DNA of 62,555 bases, filler included, from Diploschistes diacapsis (Eukaryota): NCBI GenBank assembly GCA_023645945.1. It is 16 parts of 16 records of this genome, joined end to end, with 100 filler letters (N's around TTAATTAATTAA, not from the genome) between each part and the next. Parts side by side here need not be neighbours in the genome. Positions count along the whole stretch, not along the records: positions 5,050 to 30,122 come from JALAIB010000222.1; 15 more parts are not named here. One strand, 5' to 3'. Made by a program: the position numbers and the translations under genes. The notes beneath the pieces are model-generated. The model was not told the origin of the DNA. It was given only the letters and a program-made list of their open reading frames with translations, and searched no databases. Every line of letters begins with the position of its first letter. The first letter of the stretch is position 1. Positions 11,384-24,574 of this stretch are shown piece by piece.

Positions 11384-11755
11384 TCAAGTAAGCTTCAAAG
11401 TACGCCGGATACCACTTCGATGGTTCGTATACCATTGAACAACAACATAAAAATTTTGGAGAGCCGTTGAATTCTTGATCCGACAGACGGCTTGATGGAC
11501 CAAGTCATTCCAGTAGTAACCAAGAACAGCTTTCAATAGATATATCTGGCTGCTGCAAGCTCGCAGAGTAGCCCAACGGGCTTCCCAGAGATGATAAGAG
11601 GAACCCTCTCGCATTGTCTAGCATGTATAATCCGCAACCTGGAAAAACGAGTAGACCGAGAGAATAAAAGATCCCTCTAGGGCGGTAAAGCTGCGCTTCG
11701 TACGAGCCTGCAGAAGGTCAACCTCATTTTCAAATTGAGAGTGGGCAAGAGGCAT
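11384..11755 (-). pseudogene. Decayed array-family member (YLLKAVLGYYWNDL...VCRIKNSTALQ)
   Basis: Motif similarity to neighbouring genes, an in-frame stop, and no clear start exon. Confidence 0.4.
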
Positions 11756-14360
11756 CCACCGTTTTTGACGCTGAACCGCAGAGAACTGGTTGACTTTGTC
11801 GTAGGTTCGCTTGATAGTGTATCAGCATATGGGGTTTGCAATTTGGAGTAGGATTGTATCCCCGAGGAGCCGGTGAGAGCTATGTGACTAGAACGGTAAC
11901 ATACTGTGGGTACAATGCTTGACTACTCATACAAAGCAATCATGACCTGAACTGTCGTCTCTTCCATAACTACCTGTAAGTGGTATTATTAATATACACA
12001 TGACTATTCAACTTGGACCAAAAGCCTCTAGTACACATGGGTATGAAAGGAAAGGGGATTGAATATGCACCAAATACTTAACATCTCGGGCAGAACACTG
12101 GCCATATATACGATAGCGTGGTAAGATGGCTCTGTATTATAACAATAACTCACGTACAGCATCCGAAGATCAGGTTTCAAGAGTAAAAGGGTGCCGCGTA
12201 GAGTGAATAGTTGGTGAGATCCTAGTTGCGCATGTTTGTGAAATCTTTTACAGCATCCGAACAGACATGTGCTTTCTACCTATTATCAGTATGTCTGTTG
12301 TTGCAAATCCGTTCTCAAACATGCAAAGAGTCCCAGAGGTCCCTCCCAGTAGATAACGTAGGTAAGCTTAGCAAGGGATAAGAACTGGCCTTGTCGTCCG
12401 CGGGATGTTCGCAACTCTCGTCAGCTCTATCTCGACCTAATTCCAGACTCATGCCGTCTTCCAGGTACTATCACCATCGTCGAGTGTGAAGGTCAGTGGT
12501 TGGAGTCTTATCAGGCTATCCAGTCTTGTAAGCTCTTCGAGACTAAGATACCACGAAGTTCAGGAGCGCCAGAATGAAAGACACAGAACCTTGGCTAGCT
12601 CTGGAGACGAAGTAGTTCGTCCCAATAATATCGAGGAATCAGCAGGATGACCTTTCCACAGTCTGTGGAAACTTTTCACAAAAGGTTAAAATGCTGCAGG
12701 CCCAGTCCGAAGGATAGCCTAATCCCTGGGACTCAAACATTGGAAAGGCTCTTTAGTGCGGGACTAATGAATTAGCTGCGTGCATAGATGGAAAGGAGTT
12801 ACTTACCGTGATGAATGTTATCCATCTTAGAAATGCAAAAGGGGTGCCTGAGGTAGAAGGAAGCTGGAGGTGGAAGTTGTTGGGGGAGTGCAACGAATCT
12901 AGCTAGTGAGAAGTATCTGGAGATGGACCAGCATGAGTCAACAAATCAAATCATCAAATACATCAAGCTCCTGATCAGAGGCCCTACACAGCAACAAAGC
13001 ATTTCTCACCCTTACTGAACTGAATATAGTATCAAGTCGCATCTGCACTACCTTTGACTCGACCCCGTGTCCAAGAGAGCTGAAACCAATCATTCTCACG
13101 GTAGATTTCTCTACTCTATGTTGCGGTTAGATACAACCATCTTCAGGCATACCAAAACTCTCCTCTCCAAAACAGCTGCCAACCCAGTTACTAACATAAC
13201 TCGAAAGTCACCCCATATCGAACCCGCAGTATATATACACTAAAATCATAACACAGTTTCACCATGAGTGCCATTATCTACAACAACCAGTCCAATCACG
13301 CATCTCCAAAGAGCACTTTTCTATCTCAACAATGCCTGCGCTGCGAGGCCCGCGCCCCCATCCATACCTCTCCACCTTATTCGCCTACAAAGCCATACTC
13401 TAGCTCCTCGCCATGCCTCCCAGCCTTGTGCTCTACTTACTCACCGTCCGTCCGTCCATCGCTTGCCAATATATCCCTCCTGAGGCGCTCCTGCGGGGAG
13501 GTGTCTTGGGGCGCCCCCGCCCTGATGGATACGTATCTGAATCTATATACGGGGCTCAAGGTGTTGTGCGGCCATACAGTGTGGTTAAGAGGAGCATTAC
13601 CGATCGTGAAGGACGGTAATGGTCAGCAGGGAGCTAGTGTAGGTAGATATATACGCATAGACATTCTCCTGGATATCAAGTCAGTGTTCCGACAATATCG
13701 CCACTAAGACAATAACATCGCTAAAAGAGGAACGGGTCAGATCACACTCTCTACACTATTTCAAAAACAGAAAAAAAAGTAGTGGTCGCATCGTGTAAAG
13801 CAAAATGAGCTCGATATGTGACGGATATTGGAAAGGTGCAAGAGAAACCAACTGCGTGTGTCTATGAACCGTTGTTCTGCCAAACATTGACTGATACCTT
13901 CGCTATATGTTCAAAGAAGCCCACCTAGCTGCTGGTATATACTTCCAGCGTCTGCAAAGTATGCATATTACTCTTCCACATATCCACAGCACAACATGCA
14001 AGGTATGTCTGGTCCTCGTTCACCGTGCTGTAAGTTACGGTAGTTGAAACCCTTCATGTGTTTTTTAAAGCAGTGGTAACCTCTTTACTATTTATCCATA
14101 TCCTGTGCACATGATATACAGTAGAACACTTCAAATACCTAGTGCCGGTTTAGTCTCCGCTAAGCCACATAGGGCAACAGACCACAGCGTTGACCTAAAC
14201 TGGATATATGTAAGCGAGACCACCCGGAGCCCTAAATCGTGCACGTGACATCATGACTTCACTCATTCACGCAGCAAATGTCATTAGGAAATAAGTGCTT
14301 TTATCATATACGTCAAAAACCTGAGAGCTTCCCTTGATTCACTACCCAAAATGAGCCTCC

Positions 14361-15769
14361 TCAAACTTGGTCCCGATTTTCACAGTCTTCCTCATATCTC
14401 CATCCCTCAGAACTCTTGCTCCCCGGCCTCCTAAAGTGCTTCTCGGGGCTCTGCACCTGCGCATTCGCTCCACCGTGCCCGTTGCCTTCTTCCAACAGTA
14501 CCCAGTCATCTCTCGACCGCGCCTCATCTTCGTTAAAGGTAGAATCACTAGGATTGCCACCGATACTGGGACTGGTTCCCGCGCTGCGCCTATTGCGACC
14601 CGGGCTGTAAGAGTGGCTAGTGCGATTGAAGGGACGAGTTGATGAATTAGCAGGTCGCTTGTCGAGGAGGAATTGGTAAAGGCGCGGGAAGACTGGGAAG
14701 GAGGCGACGAGGAGGGCGCTCGCGCCTTCCAGGCAGGCCGTCCAGGAAAGGTTGACGGCGTTGTAGGTAACGTCTGTGTTCATGAAGAGCAAGACACTGT
14801 AGTAGAGGCGAAGGAAGCTGGAGATGCAGGCACTGCGAGGAGTTAAGGCGCTAAGTATGTAACAGAAAAACAAAGGCTTACAGTAGGCCGGTCGCAAAGA
14901 TGGCGCAGATGCCGAGCTTGCGCGTGATGGTGATCTTGAGGCGTAGAATGGCGTAGATTGGAAGTATGAAGATGAGGAGGTCTAGGCCTAGGTTGAAGCC
15001 GCCTGCTGATATGACGGTCGCGCCGTTGTCGAGACAGGTCCCTGGTAGAAGTGGGTTCCAGATCTTCTCTCTTGGAGAACATTGGGCAAGCACGACTATG
15101 GCCGTTATGATATAGTAGAGCGTATTAAAGGCCATCAAGGCCATTGATAGCCAGTATACCGAGTCATTTGTAGTGCCTCGAAAGATTCTTTGGATTTGTC
15201 TGAGAATGGCGAGCTTAGTGAACAGCATACAGAAGGTGTAGAAGAACTCGGAATAGTTGAGCCACTATGACGGTTATTTAGTCGAGGGCACATACAAGCG
15301 CAGTGTGCTGATTACCATCAGGAAGTCCTCCATCTGAGCAACGCTGACGTTCCATTGGTGACGACCAAGACAGTGCGGAGTTTGTACGAGATCGAAGCCC
15401 TGGAACACCATGTAAAGCATCTAGTGTAGAAGTAAGTAATTTTGTACCCTCGTGTCCTCCACATAAAGTAATAGTACGCAAGATCATGATTTGCGTACCC
15501 ATCCTATTATCAGGTAATCTTAACGCTCGTGTTAACCCAGACACCTATCACAAGAGGTTGATTAACGTACAATCCTCAAGTTGCATTTGCTTCATTACAC
15601 GTATCTTTGTGAATAACCGGGCAGCGAACCCTAGGGTAGAGACAACGATCATGACAGAAACTCCCACAATTATTGGTCGAACTATGGTTGGTGGATCGAC
15701 GAAATTTGGGACAACGCCTGGAGGAGGCTCCAATGCCGGCGTGTTGTTGGGATCAAGCAGATTTGCCAT
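14361..15769 (-). CDS. PTH11-like (rhodopsin-domain) integral membrane protein, multi-exon
   Basis: Contains PALEPPPGVVPNF, ARLFTK, FTKLAILRQIQRIF, QCSPREKIWNP..GTC, DLLIFILP..I..L...RKLGICAIFATG and R.YYS motifs, split across GT-AG introns. Confidence 0.85.
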
Positions 15770-17198
15770 ATTGGGCCCTTCTTCGTGGGTTCTTTAGAAG
15801 CTAGATAGAAGAGAGCACAGTGGCAGGTCGAGCTTATTTGCGGTAGCATCTAGAACCCAGAAGAGCTAGAGCCATACGCTGTTACAAAAGAGTGAGAGTC
15901 TAACCTTGTATAAGAGAGCGAAAGTCATACATGCCCTAAAAAGGCTAGACAGCTGCTGGTATGAGAAAGCTATTGATGGGCGTTTGACGCACGGTGGGGT
16001 GAGCTAACAATGTATCCGATGTTTCAACTTAACCAGTGAGACCGATCAGCAGAGTCAGCATAGCAAACAGGTTTGCCCCAAGGCGTGAATTCGAAGTTAT
16101 GACCGGTTCAGTACCAATTTGTCTTACCCTTGATACCATCTCGGGCTTGTGGTTTCGGTTACTCAGTTGGGAGAGGCATCTTTTCTACAGATAACACGAG
16201 TCCCTCCCGATCGTCCATGCTTCAGAGGAGATAGCAATCCGGAGCATCTCATAATGGAAGAGTCGAATCGATGCAGTGACTGATTCGTAATTTGGGCTGC
16301 GTGTTAAAATAAGTTATAGCGCTATCATTGACAAAAGGTCAAGAGCTGGACCCGAGCTAGCCCTCCGTCCCGGATGAGGTCAAGGTAAGACCATATGTTG
16401 GCACCATGCTGCTGCTTCGGCTCAAATAGGCTCATTCGCACATCTTGCCGAGCGAGGGCTCGCGGTTGAGCTGTTTGAACTCTGTCCGCTTAGGACCTGC
16501 TAAAGAGAATTCAAGTTGACGGGATACCATCATTTAGAACGGCCACCGCCATCATCGCGCGCTGGGTGTGGTGTCGACTTTCAGTGCTATATTGCCGATC
16601 ATATCAGCATCGGCAAGCTCTGCTTTCAGGGAGCCATCTTATTTGGTGTTTGCGACTCCGACGAGGGGGTGAGATCTGCAGACTGTGAGTTGCTTTTAGT
16701 CCAGTCATTACTAGAAGGGGAGGAGGGAAACTCTTCCGGATGAACCTTTATCTTTAACAACACAGCATGGACTGCAGCGTTGTTGCCGGTGTAGTCTCTC
16801 CATATACCAGAAGCACTCTGATTTCACTGAGTGCGGAAAGCATCTGATATTTGTACGTATCACTTTGCCTGGTAACGGTACATAGACGGCGGAGACTTTG
16901 TGTTTGTTGATGACTGCGTGTATCGATTGCATGGTTTCCTTCTCCAACTGAAGTCCGTGACAAGCAGTACCTTGAGGCGCATTGTCTACGTTCCGCATCG
17001 AGTTCATGCTGTACTCGCCATGCTGCCAAGTAGGTATAACACGCGCGCCCCAATATTGCTCAATAATTGCACTTTAACAATGATATTTTCTTGCCGTGCA
17101 AATAGGGACTCACATTTGCAGCAGAGAATGATTGCTTCATATAAGCGTATATTGAATTGCTAGACTTACACTGCAGAGAGAACGGGAACATTCTCTTT

Positions 17199-18420
17199 TC
17201 ATAGCGAGTTTTGGTCTAGCACGATCGGAGCGGCCCCTAATTCGAGCCAGCTGCTCTCGAACACCGGCGCCGGTTTCTTCAATTGACCAGCATCCCAGGT
17301 ATGGCTCTGCTGACTCCTAGCAGGCACCTGTACGAATCTTCGAGAGGGCGAGGCCGAGTTTCGGTATTGACTGTAATGAAGCGCCATCGGCTTGATAAAC
17401 TTGGTGCATAAATGTTGGTATAGGCGCGGCACGATCGGGAAGCAGGCGAAAAGAACGATATTGGAGAGTTCCACACTGGATGCCACGGCAATTGCACCAT
17501 AAGAATACATAATGTCAGAAGAGTACAATAGCCAGGCGTTGTAGTAGATGCGGATGCACTTGCAGCACATCCTCTGTATGGGTAAGCTAGGATCCAGGAC
17601 TAGCCTTAGAGTCTTGCGGACAGCAAGCCACCACCATAAGTCTTGGAAATTCCTTGGTTCTCACGTATGGTAGATAGTACGGCGGAGGAACCATCTTCCA
17701 AGCACATAGAAAGGGATTAACTCACAGAAAGCCGGTGGGCGATGCAAGTCCCAGGCAGAAGAGGGAACCACAGCTGCTCTTGAGGCTTGCAGGGGAAGAA
17801 GGCATTGAAGAGACCGGCCGTGTAAAACAAGACATTTAGTATTTAGAGAATGTCAATAGACCTGCATACACCATCCTTCTTAGTGCCGGTAAAGATTCTA
17901 CGCAGCTGCAACAGTACAGCCAACTTGAGGAAGACGATGGATATGTCGTCCAACATGGACTTGATGTTAACCAACTGCATGCGTTAATGACAGGGAACTA
18001 ACAACGGAGCACGGGACACTAACCCATAAGAATCGAGATAGTTGCGTCCCACTGATGGCGTCCAGCTCCCCGTGACCGCGATTACGAACCCTTCAAGAAT
18101 AGCGTACCCTAACCGTCATCTGCTCTTAGTCGGTCACCGTGGACAGGGTTAATAACTGCGAACCCATCCAACGACCAAGGCATCTACGGGCCGGCCAGAA
18201 TGTTTAGTTGAAGACATGACCCACGGTCTTTTATCTGGAATGTCTTCACTATCAGCAACCTCGCAACAATCTTAGGACCCAGGCCGACGGCCGCAAACCC
18301 GAAAAGCAGGAGGCTCAAAGCACGTATAGTATAAACACTTTGATAAAAAGAGAAGAAATTATGAAGTGCTTCCCGTTGGTGCTGGTAGGGCAGGTACTAT
18401 GGCACTTTAGAATGAAATAC
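17199..18420 (-). pseudogene. Degenerate second PTH11-like membrane protein
   Basis: Reads VPALPAPTGSTS* with an in-frame stop, then GRHQWD, KLAVLLQLRRIF and ELSNIVLFACFP. Frameshifts and stops are present. Confidence 0.65.
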
Positions 18421-19551
18421 CCTCAAAGCATATAAATATCGGGAGAAAGATGCCGAACAAAGAGACTAGGATAATGTTGAAGCAAGGTATGTAAAAATAT
18501 TCCAGCACTTCCATGAGGTTAACGCCTCAGTATCAAGCCGTACGCACCTACACCGTGTGTACAAGATTTGTAACAGACATCTTGTCCCCCCCCCTCTTTA
18601 GCCTGTCTGTGCATTGATATGCTAGTCCGAATCGTGCGTCCGTTCACACCAACATAATGGTACGTGTGTCTCTGTGTGAGTGTATGGTGTGAGATGCACA
18701 CGCAGAGTACAATAACAGGGGAGTCCTCTATTTACACGGCTGGGCCAAAGAGGAAGCAGAAAAGGGAGCCATGCTGCTGGGCCGCACCTGTAGGCTCGAG
18801 AGGCTGGGAACACAGTCCAAACTATTCGAGTGGATGGACCGTCGAACGCACTGAAGAGCGAGAAAGTTGGAGAAACCAAAGCACCAAACCGTTAATTGGC
18901 AACAAGACGTGCACTTCCCCGATTTTCGGCATGTTGCTTCTGGTCACTATGTCGGTGACATGGTTGGATTTCACACTGCGCGTTCCCCTATGAAGCTTGC
19001 GCAGGCATTTTTCTTGGATCAGGGAAAGTGGCGTGAAGCTTTCAATTGATTGCCGCTGCGCATACCTTGACGGCGTCTGGTACCATGGCGGTTGACGAAA
19101 AGCTCGGATGTGTTGTAAAAAAGCAAAAATGAAACTTGAGGTTAAGCTCGTCGGAACTGAAACCCGGGGCTATTACGGGTTTGGAAAAGCGCAACCACCA
19201 ATTAGATCTTCTTCTATATACTCAAAGCATCATATAAAATTGGGCATAGTTTGATCACAAAACAATGATATTTAAGTTCTGGTTTGTGTATATCTAGAAG
19301 ACTTCGGTTTGTCCATGGAATTGACCAGGAAGATCAGATACTCTAGAGACGGCATCTTAAAATGGTTCCCCACAGACTCCGAATGATGGCGCCTGCCGAA
19401 TACCGTGGCTCAGATCTTAAAGAAATGCCATTAGCGAAGAGCTTTTCGTCGACTGAAATTATGGCATACCTGCTCCAGCAGCGAGCCTAGACGCTACCAG
19501 TTATAACTTTGCCGCAGTTATCGATTTGCTATGCCGCTATCCATCCATCTC

Positions 19552-20164
19552 TCACACACGGTTCAATAGGCTCTGGACGCTGATTCTCGTCGGCTTCATG
19601 ATCTTGAAGCGCAAGCCGGGCAGCGTAACCGACCACTCCAGGAAGTGGTGTTTTGCATAAGCCGCTCCTGCGGCGCTGCCAGTGTCGTCGACAATATTAT
19701 GAAACATCCAATCAAACGGTAAGCAATACCTTCGAAGTTTATCGGGCTGGCCATCTGGGACCCCCCGGAACAGGGCAATAAGCTTCTCAGTGGATACTGG
19801 GCCATCAATCTTCCGGAGGTCCACATGCTTTTCGCCCATCGTGCGCCAGGTAAGGTACTGGTTACCTCTTCTTATAGCTGTGACCCTGTGTAGGACGAAA
19901 TAGTCTTGGGAGAATGGTCTGCAAATATCGGGAGGGTTGTACTTGAAGAGGTCGTAGCAGCCTAGGCTAAGGAGGATTTCCGCATGGCCAAGGCCGTATT
20001 CGTACCTGACCGGTTCAAACTGGGCTGCTAGGTATGGGAACTCCCCAATTGGAATCCATTTGTACGGAAATTTGAGCTTGATTTCCGTCTCTACAACTGC
20101 TTGTCTTGGAGCCTGTGAATGGTTAGTATGGCCAATATCGTTCTCTGAAGGGGAATCCGACCAT
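19552..20164 (-). CDS. Hypothetical protein, 187 aa, possible distant member of the array family
   Basis: ATG|GTCGGA intron at 20113-20161 with a TACTAAC branch point and an open exon 2 of 561 nt. IRRGNQYLTW...RKIDGPVSTEKLIALF resembles the family motif. Confidence 0.65.
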
Positions 20165-21274
20165 TTTGAAGGCAGGTGTTACCTTCCTTTGTCACAGTCC
20201 TCCTTGTCCCTCGTTGTTTGACTCACGACATATTTAGTGTCTAACAGACTTTATATAACATCCCATGGGACGGCATCCTCTATGTTAACATGATATCATC
20301 TCGGCAAACTTACTACGGATGTCTTGAGTGTCTTTGTTGTGTCTCTACTTAGCGTCATGACCTTATATATCATTTTGTGTATAGAGAATTATTAGAAAAA
20401 TATCAATATCTTATGAATGTATTGTACTAACCTGGAGCAGGGTCCTAAAGATCAATGAACTGGATGGTGCGTTCCCGGAGTACCCCGTCCTCACGAGAGG
20501 AGTGACGATGGATTGGATCGATGGCATCTCCGCAAAGTTCTAGCTGTACAGACGCAGCAACGTGGTGGCATGGTCTGACCGTTGTACTTATAATATCAAC
20601 CTGCTCACCATTGTTGGCACAAGAAGCTCAAGCGGCTGGGGATTCAAGAGCTTGACAATGACATAGTAATGTGGAGGAGAACACAACGTTGTTTAGCAAC
20701 ATCCGCTATGCTACCAAACTCCATATAGTAAATGCCTAATTTCTCTGCTTCTATCCTTCTCTCCATCCTTTCTCTCGACTTACGCACTCTACCCAACATC
20801 CGCATTGTATCCGGTTAACGAGCTCAAGCATCATACAGTCCAGACACGGGCACACAGTTACCGGACTACACTTCCTTTTTCCACTTCTTCCTCCACAGGC
20901 CTAAGTCACCCAGAGTCTGGTGGGGAAAGATATTATGGACCAATCACCACGAGACGAAGCCAGATGATTACCAATCACCACCTCAGCGGAGCTGGTGCAG
21001 TCTGATGGGATTGCTGCGAGTCGGATCCCGATGTTGTCTGACAGCTCTGGGTAAGGGAGTTGATGGTCAGCATAGAGACGGTGGTACTCTTTGTCACGAA
21101 GGTCTGAACGGGATAGTATTAATGAATCCACAAGTAGGCAGGCAGCAAGCTTCTTAAATAAGAGGTGTGACGGAGTAGTCGACGACGTCGAATTCGGAGT
21201 GGTTTGAAGGAGCGATGTGCGAATCGTTAGCTTAATCAAGTAGCGAATCCGAGCAGGCAGCAAAATTTCGTTAG

Positions 21275-21652
21275 TCAAGGATCAATAAAGTCCAGCCCAA
21301 CGAAATATTCCAGCATCCTCTGACAAAGCTCCTCGTCCTCGCATGTCTTATTATCCTCCTCGATGTCTCCAAACAGACGCCTCTTCTCCGCCTCACCGCT
21401 AGCCTCTTCTTCCTTCTGTCTACGCTCACGTGCCTGCCAGGCCATGTAACGATTCTGCCAGTGACGCGCTGAGGCTCCATTGCGGTAGGCTGACGGAAGG
21501 GATTTGGCTTTTGGTAGGGAAGGTTGGTGAAAGGGTGATGGGCCCGATATGGAGGCCGGCTGATTAGGCACGGAGAAGTCGATGGAGGCGTTATGGGTCG
21601 AGATACTAGACTTATGACCGCCGCGGGTGCGGCGACGGTTGTGGCGACTCAT
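21275..21652 (-). CDS. Hypothetical protein, 125 aa (MSRHNRRRTRGG...ARHWQNR...MLEYFVGLDFID)
   Basis: Open frame with a basic N-terminus and a helical acidic C-terminus, next to ALO1. Confidence 0.6.
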   Translation of the reverse strand: MSRHNRRRTRGGHKSSISTHNASIDFSVPNQPASISGPSPFHQPSLPKAKSLPSAYRNGASARHWQNRYMAWQARERRQKEEEASGEAEKRRLFGDIEEDNKTCEDEELCQRMLEYFVGLDFIDP

Positions 21653-22105
21653 GATGAATGGACAGAGATGTGTGAGGGCGTGTCGAAAGTACGGATTGCA
21701 AGGTAGAACGAGGAGAAATGAAGGAGATGGATGTAGAGAAGGAGATATACTTAGTCGTGAACGCGAATGAATCACCACTTTTTGCGATGAGCAATCAATA
21801 GATGCGCCGTGCCGTGAGTCAAGGAATGAAGGAAGAGATCGGGTGGCGAATGTGGATGATGGGAGAGGATGGCAGTGACTCACATGACACATGACAGATC
21901 CCGGCTCCGGAATCGGCTATTGATAGAGCGAATAATTGGAGCACGTGATAGCGTGATATCGTAAACGATAGTGCCGCAAAATATGTTCAAGCACCACGAA
22001 GCGCTACACCATGGTGAACCTATGCAATTTCGATTCCTGAGTATAGAGCATGTGCTATACCTGCACGCTACAAACAGGGTGCGAATGTTCTGCCTGCAGC
22101 TACAG

Positions 22106-23722
22106 CTACTCACCATCGTCAAAGAAAACGCTCTTCTCCGCCTCCGCCCCATGCATTAAGTCAAAGCTTTCCTCACTGTTCTGTGGACTCAATAACCTCT
22201 TAGGTACCTGTCCATGCCACATAATCCCCCCACTCAAGTATGGCCTCGTCTTTATCTCTTCTTCTTCTAGACGCAGCTTTGGCTGGGTATCTGAAAATAA
22301 CAACTTCCGATGCCAATGACCTAAGAACATGCCCTCAGGATCAACCTCTTCCCGAATTCGCAGCCAAGTAGACAACTCGGGATACATCTTTTCTATTTCC
22401 TCAGGAGTGATGTTGGTGAAGTTTTTAGCCCAGTGCGGACGGCCACCCAGTTCCATCATCAGCCACTGGAAGGCTTCATAATACCTCATATGCGCCGGAG
22501 GGTCGAGATCATAAGGGCGATACAGTGTCGCATTTAGCAGTAGGCTTGGCTCATCTGCCATCGTGTTCTCCAAAAAAGGTCGGATCTCACCGGCCGCAGC
22601 GGCCGCAGCAACTCTCACCTCGATCGGTGCATGAACGTATATACCGGACGGATCGTACGGGATACCGGAGCCTTCTCGATCTCCGTGCAGCCAAATCGAC
22701 AGCCGCTTCATAGCCTCCGGACCTTTGCTCAAAGGTATTGCCCACTCATTCACAAACTGTGAATATAAGCAGTTCATCAGCAGTCCTTGGCTCCCATCTT
22801 CGATTGCTGAGACAGTATTCCCGCCATACTGTACGTTGATCACGAACCACTCCATGAGTGGAATAATCCGCGGTACCCATTGTGCTACATACAATAACGC
22901 ATGGTAGATGTGATAGCCGGCTCTCCCACTGAGCCACGAAGGTTTGGCCGGTCGTGGTGGCTCGCGTGTCTTGTCTGCTTGCCAATGCACACATTTCAAC
23001 ATGTAAGGGAACCACCACACCCGAGTGAACTCTGTCTCGTCCCAGAGACCACTATTCCATCTCTCCAACACATCATCCAACGTTATCAAGTTTTGCTTCC
23101 AGCGGATGTTGAATGATGGCACTGCTTGGAAAGTAACCTCGATGATGATACCGATTGCTCCCAAACTAACAAGAGCGGCTCTGAAAAGATCTCGATTTTG
23201 CTCAGCCGAGCAAGACACAATTCGTCCGTTCGAGAGCATGATTTTTAGCCCCAGCACCGATCGTGCGATGATGCCATGCTTGATAGAGCTTCCATGCGTG
23301 CCGGTCGTGAATGCGCCTGCTATTGATTGTTCGTTTATACTTCCGAGGTTGGGCATGGTCAGTCCATAACCTCCAAGTGCCTCAATAAGGTCTCGCAATC
23401 GTATTCCGGCCTGCATTGTGGCGACCTTTGTTCGGGAATTGATGGAGATGATGCTACTGTACCTGTCCAGGTTCACCATCCACGAGGAAGTGCAAGTCAG
23501 GTCTGACGGAGAGTGACCACTGCCCACAACAACGATCCTGCGCTGGCATTTCCGCGCAAGCGTTACAACTTTCTGAATTTCTTCGGTAGACTCGGGCTGT
23601 ATGTAAAGTTCCGGACGGGAATGGTATGTCCTAGCCCAGGTGTGGTGGCTGTGAGTGGTTTTCGCCCGGAAGGGGACATCGGGTTCGATGCGCGAGAGTT
23701 CGCGCTGAACCAAAGGATCCAT
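22106..23722 (-). CDS. ALO1: D-arabinono-1,4-lactone oxidase (FAD-linked), 538 aa
   Basis: Contains HHTWARTY, VGSGHSPSDL (FAD-binding His), GSINEQSIAG..TGTHGSS, HAPIEVR and GGRPHWAK motifs. Intronless. Confidence 0.93.
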   Translation of the reverse strand: MDPLVQRELSRIEPDVPFRAKTTHSHHTWARTYHSRPELYIQPESTEEIQKVVTLARKCQRRIVVVGSGHSPSDLTCTSSWMVNLDRYSSIISINSRTKVATMQAGIRLRDLIEALGGYGLTMPNLGSINEQSIAGAFTTGTHGSSIKHGIIARSVLGLKIMLSNGRIVSCSAEQNRDLFRAALVSLGAIGIIIEVTFQAVPSFNIRWKQNLITLDDVLERWNSGLWDETEFTRVWWFPYMLKCVHWQADKTREPPRPAKPSWLSGRAGYHIYHALLYVAQWVPRIIPLMEWFVINVQYGGNTVSAIEDGSQGLLMNCLYSQFVNEWAIPLSKGPEAMKRLSIWLHGDREGSGIPYDPSGIYVHAPIEVRVAAAAAAGEIRPFLENTMADEPSLLLNATLYRPYDLDPPAHMRYYEAFQWLMMELGGRPHWAKNFTNITPEEIEKMYPELSTWLRIREEVDPEGMFLGHWHRKLLFSDTQPKLRLEEEEIKTRPYLSGGIMWHGQVPKRLLSPQNSEESFDLMHGAEAEKSVFFDDGE

Positions 23723-24574
23723 GATGGGCTTTGAGTTGTCAAGCAAAGAGTAAGTTGACAGCACGATCTTAGCTGCGCTCTCACCAAGCAATACAGCTTC
23801 AATCAGATGGTGGGGTCACAGAGGCATGAGGATGTCATGACAGCACCGGGCAGGCCAAGAAGTCGATGACCCGATCTTGGCAGAATTCCTGAAAACTTCC
23901 TAATACAACTTACGAGCAGTTCCTACTGCACACCATATCCAGTATAACTCTCGGGAGCGTGGCAGCCTCAGCTCTTGGTAAATGATTCAGCATTACCAAG
24001 TGTTCAGATTACTTAGTACTCTTGACTGCCTACTGTTCCATGACGCTATATAAGAGGAGGCGCCCCGTGATCCACATGAACCTTCAGGCGCTCTATAGCT
24101 CACCATTGCCCCTCCGAGCTCAATATTGATACTGAGATGATGGCTCTTGCTCTTGGGTATAAAACAGTCGATGGTTTCACGTTTTGGGAGGTGGAAGCAG
24201 TCGACAGATCCGGATTCCGGCAACCAATATCACATCAAACGCGAAACAAGTTCTGAGAACAAACCCAGACACCACTTAATGTGAAGCCCGACGTCTTTTT
24301 GCTACTTGGCATCGCCAGTCTTGAACATGGCAGGCCACAGACAAGGAGGACATTGACGGGAGTAGGGTCTCAGAATGAATTACGGAGGATTTAGGACCTT
24401 GAGGTTGTTTCGAGGCTGATTACCATTTACTTTGCTCCTTATCGTGTTGCTGCTTCAGACCGATTTCCATGCACCTCACATCCCTGTTTAATGCTACTTG
24501 GCGAAGCAACAGTAGCTACTTGTTAGCGTTCAATGATGATGAAATTCATAATGCCTTTTACTTGCGTGTTCTGT

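Noticed and set aside
12350..13707. Possible extra array member at about 12.4-12.8 kb and ORF 13264-13707
   Set aside because: The first has only a faint FPQTVE match, many stops and a different first exon. The second has no recognisable motif.
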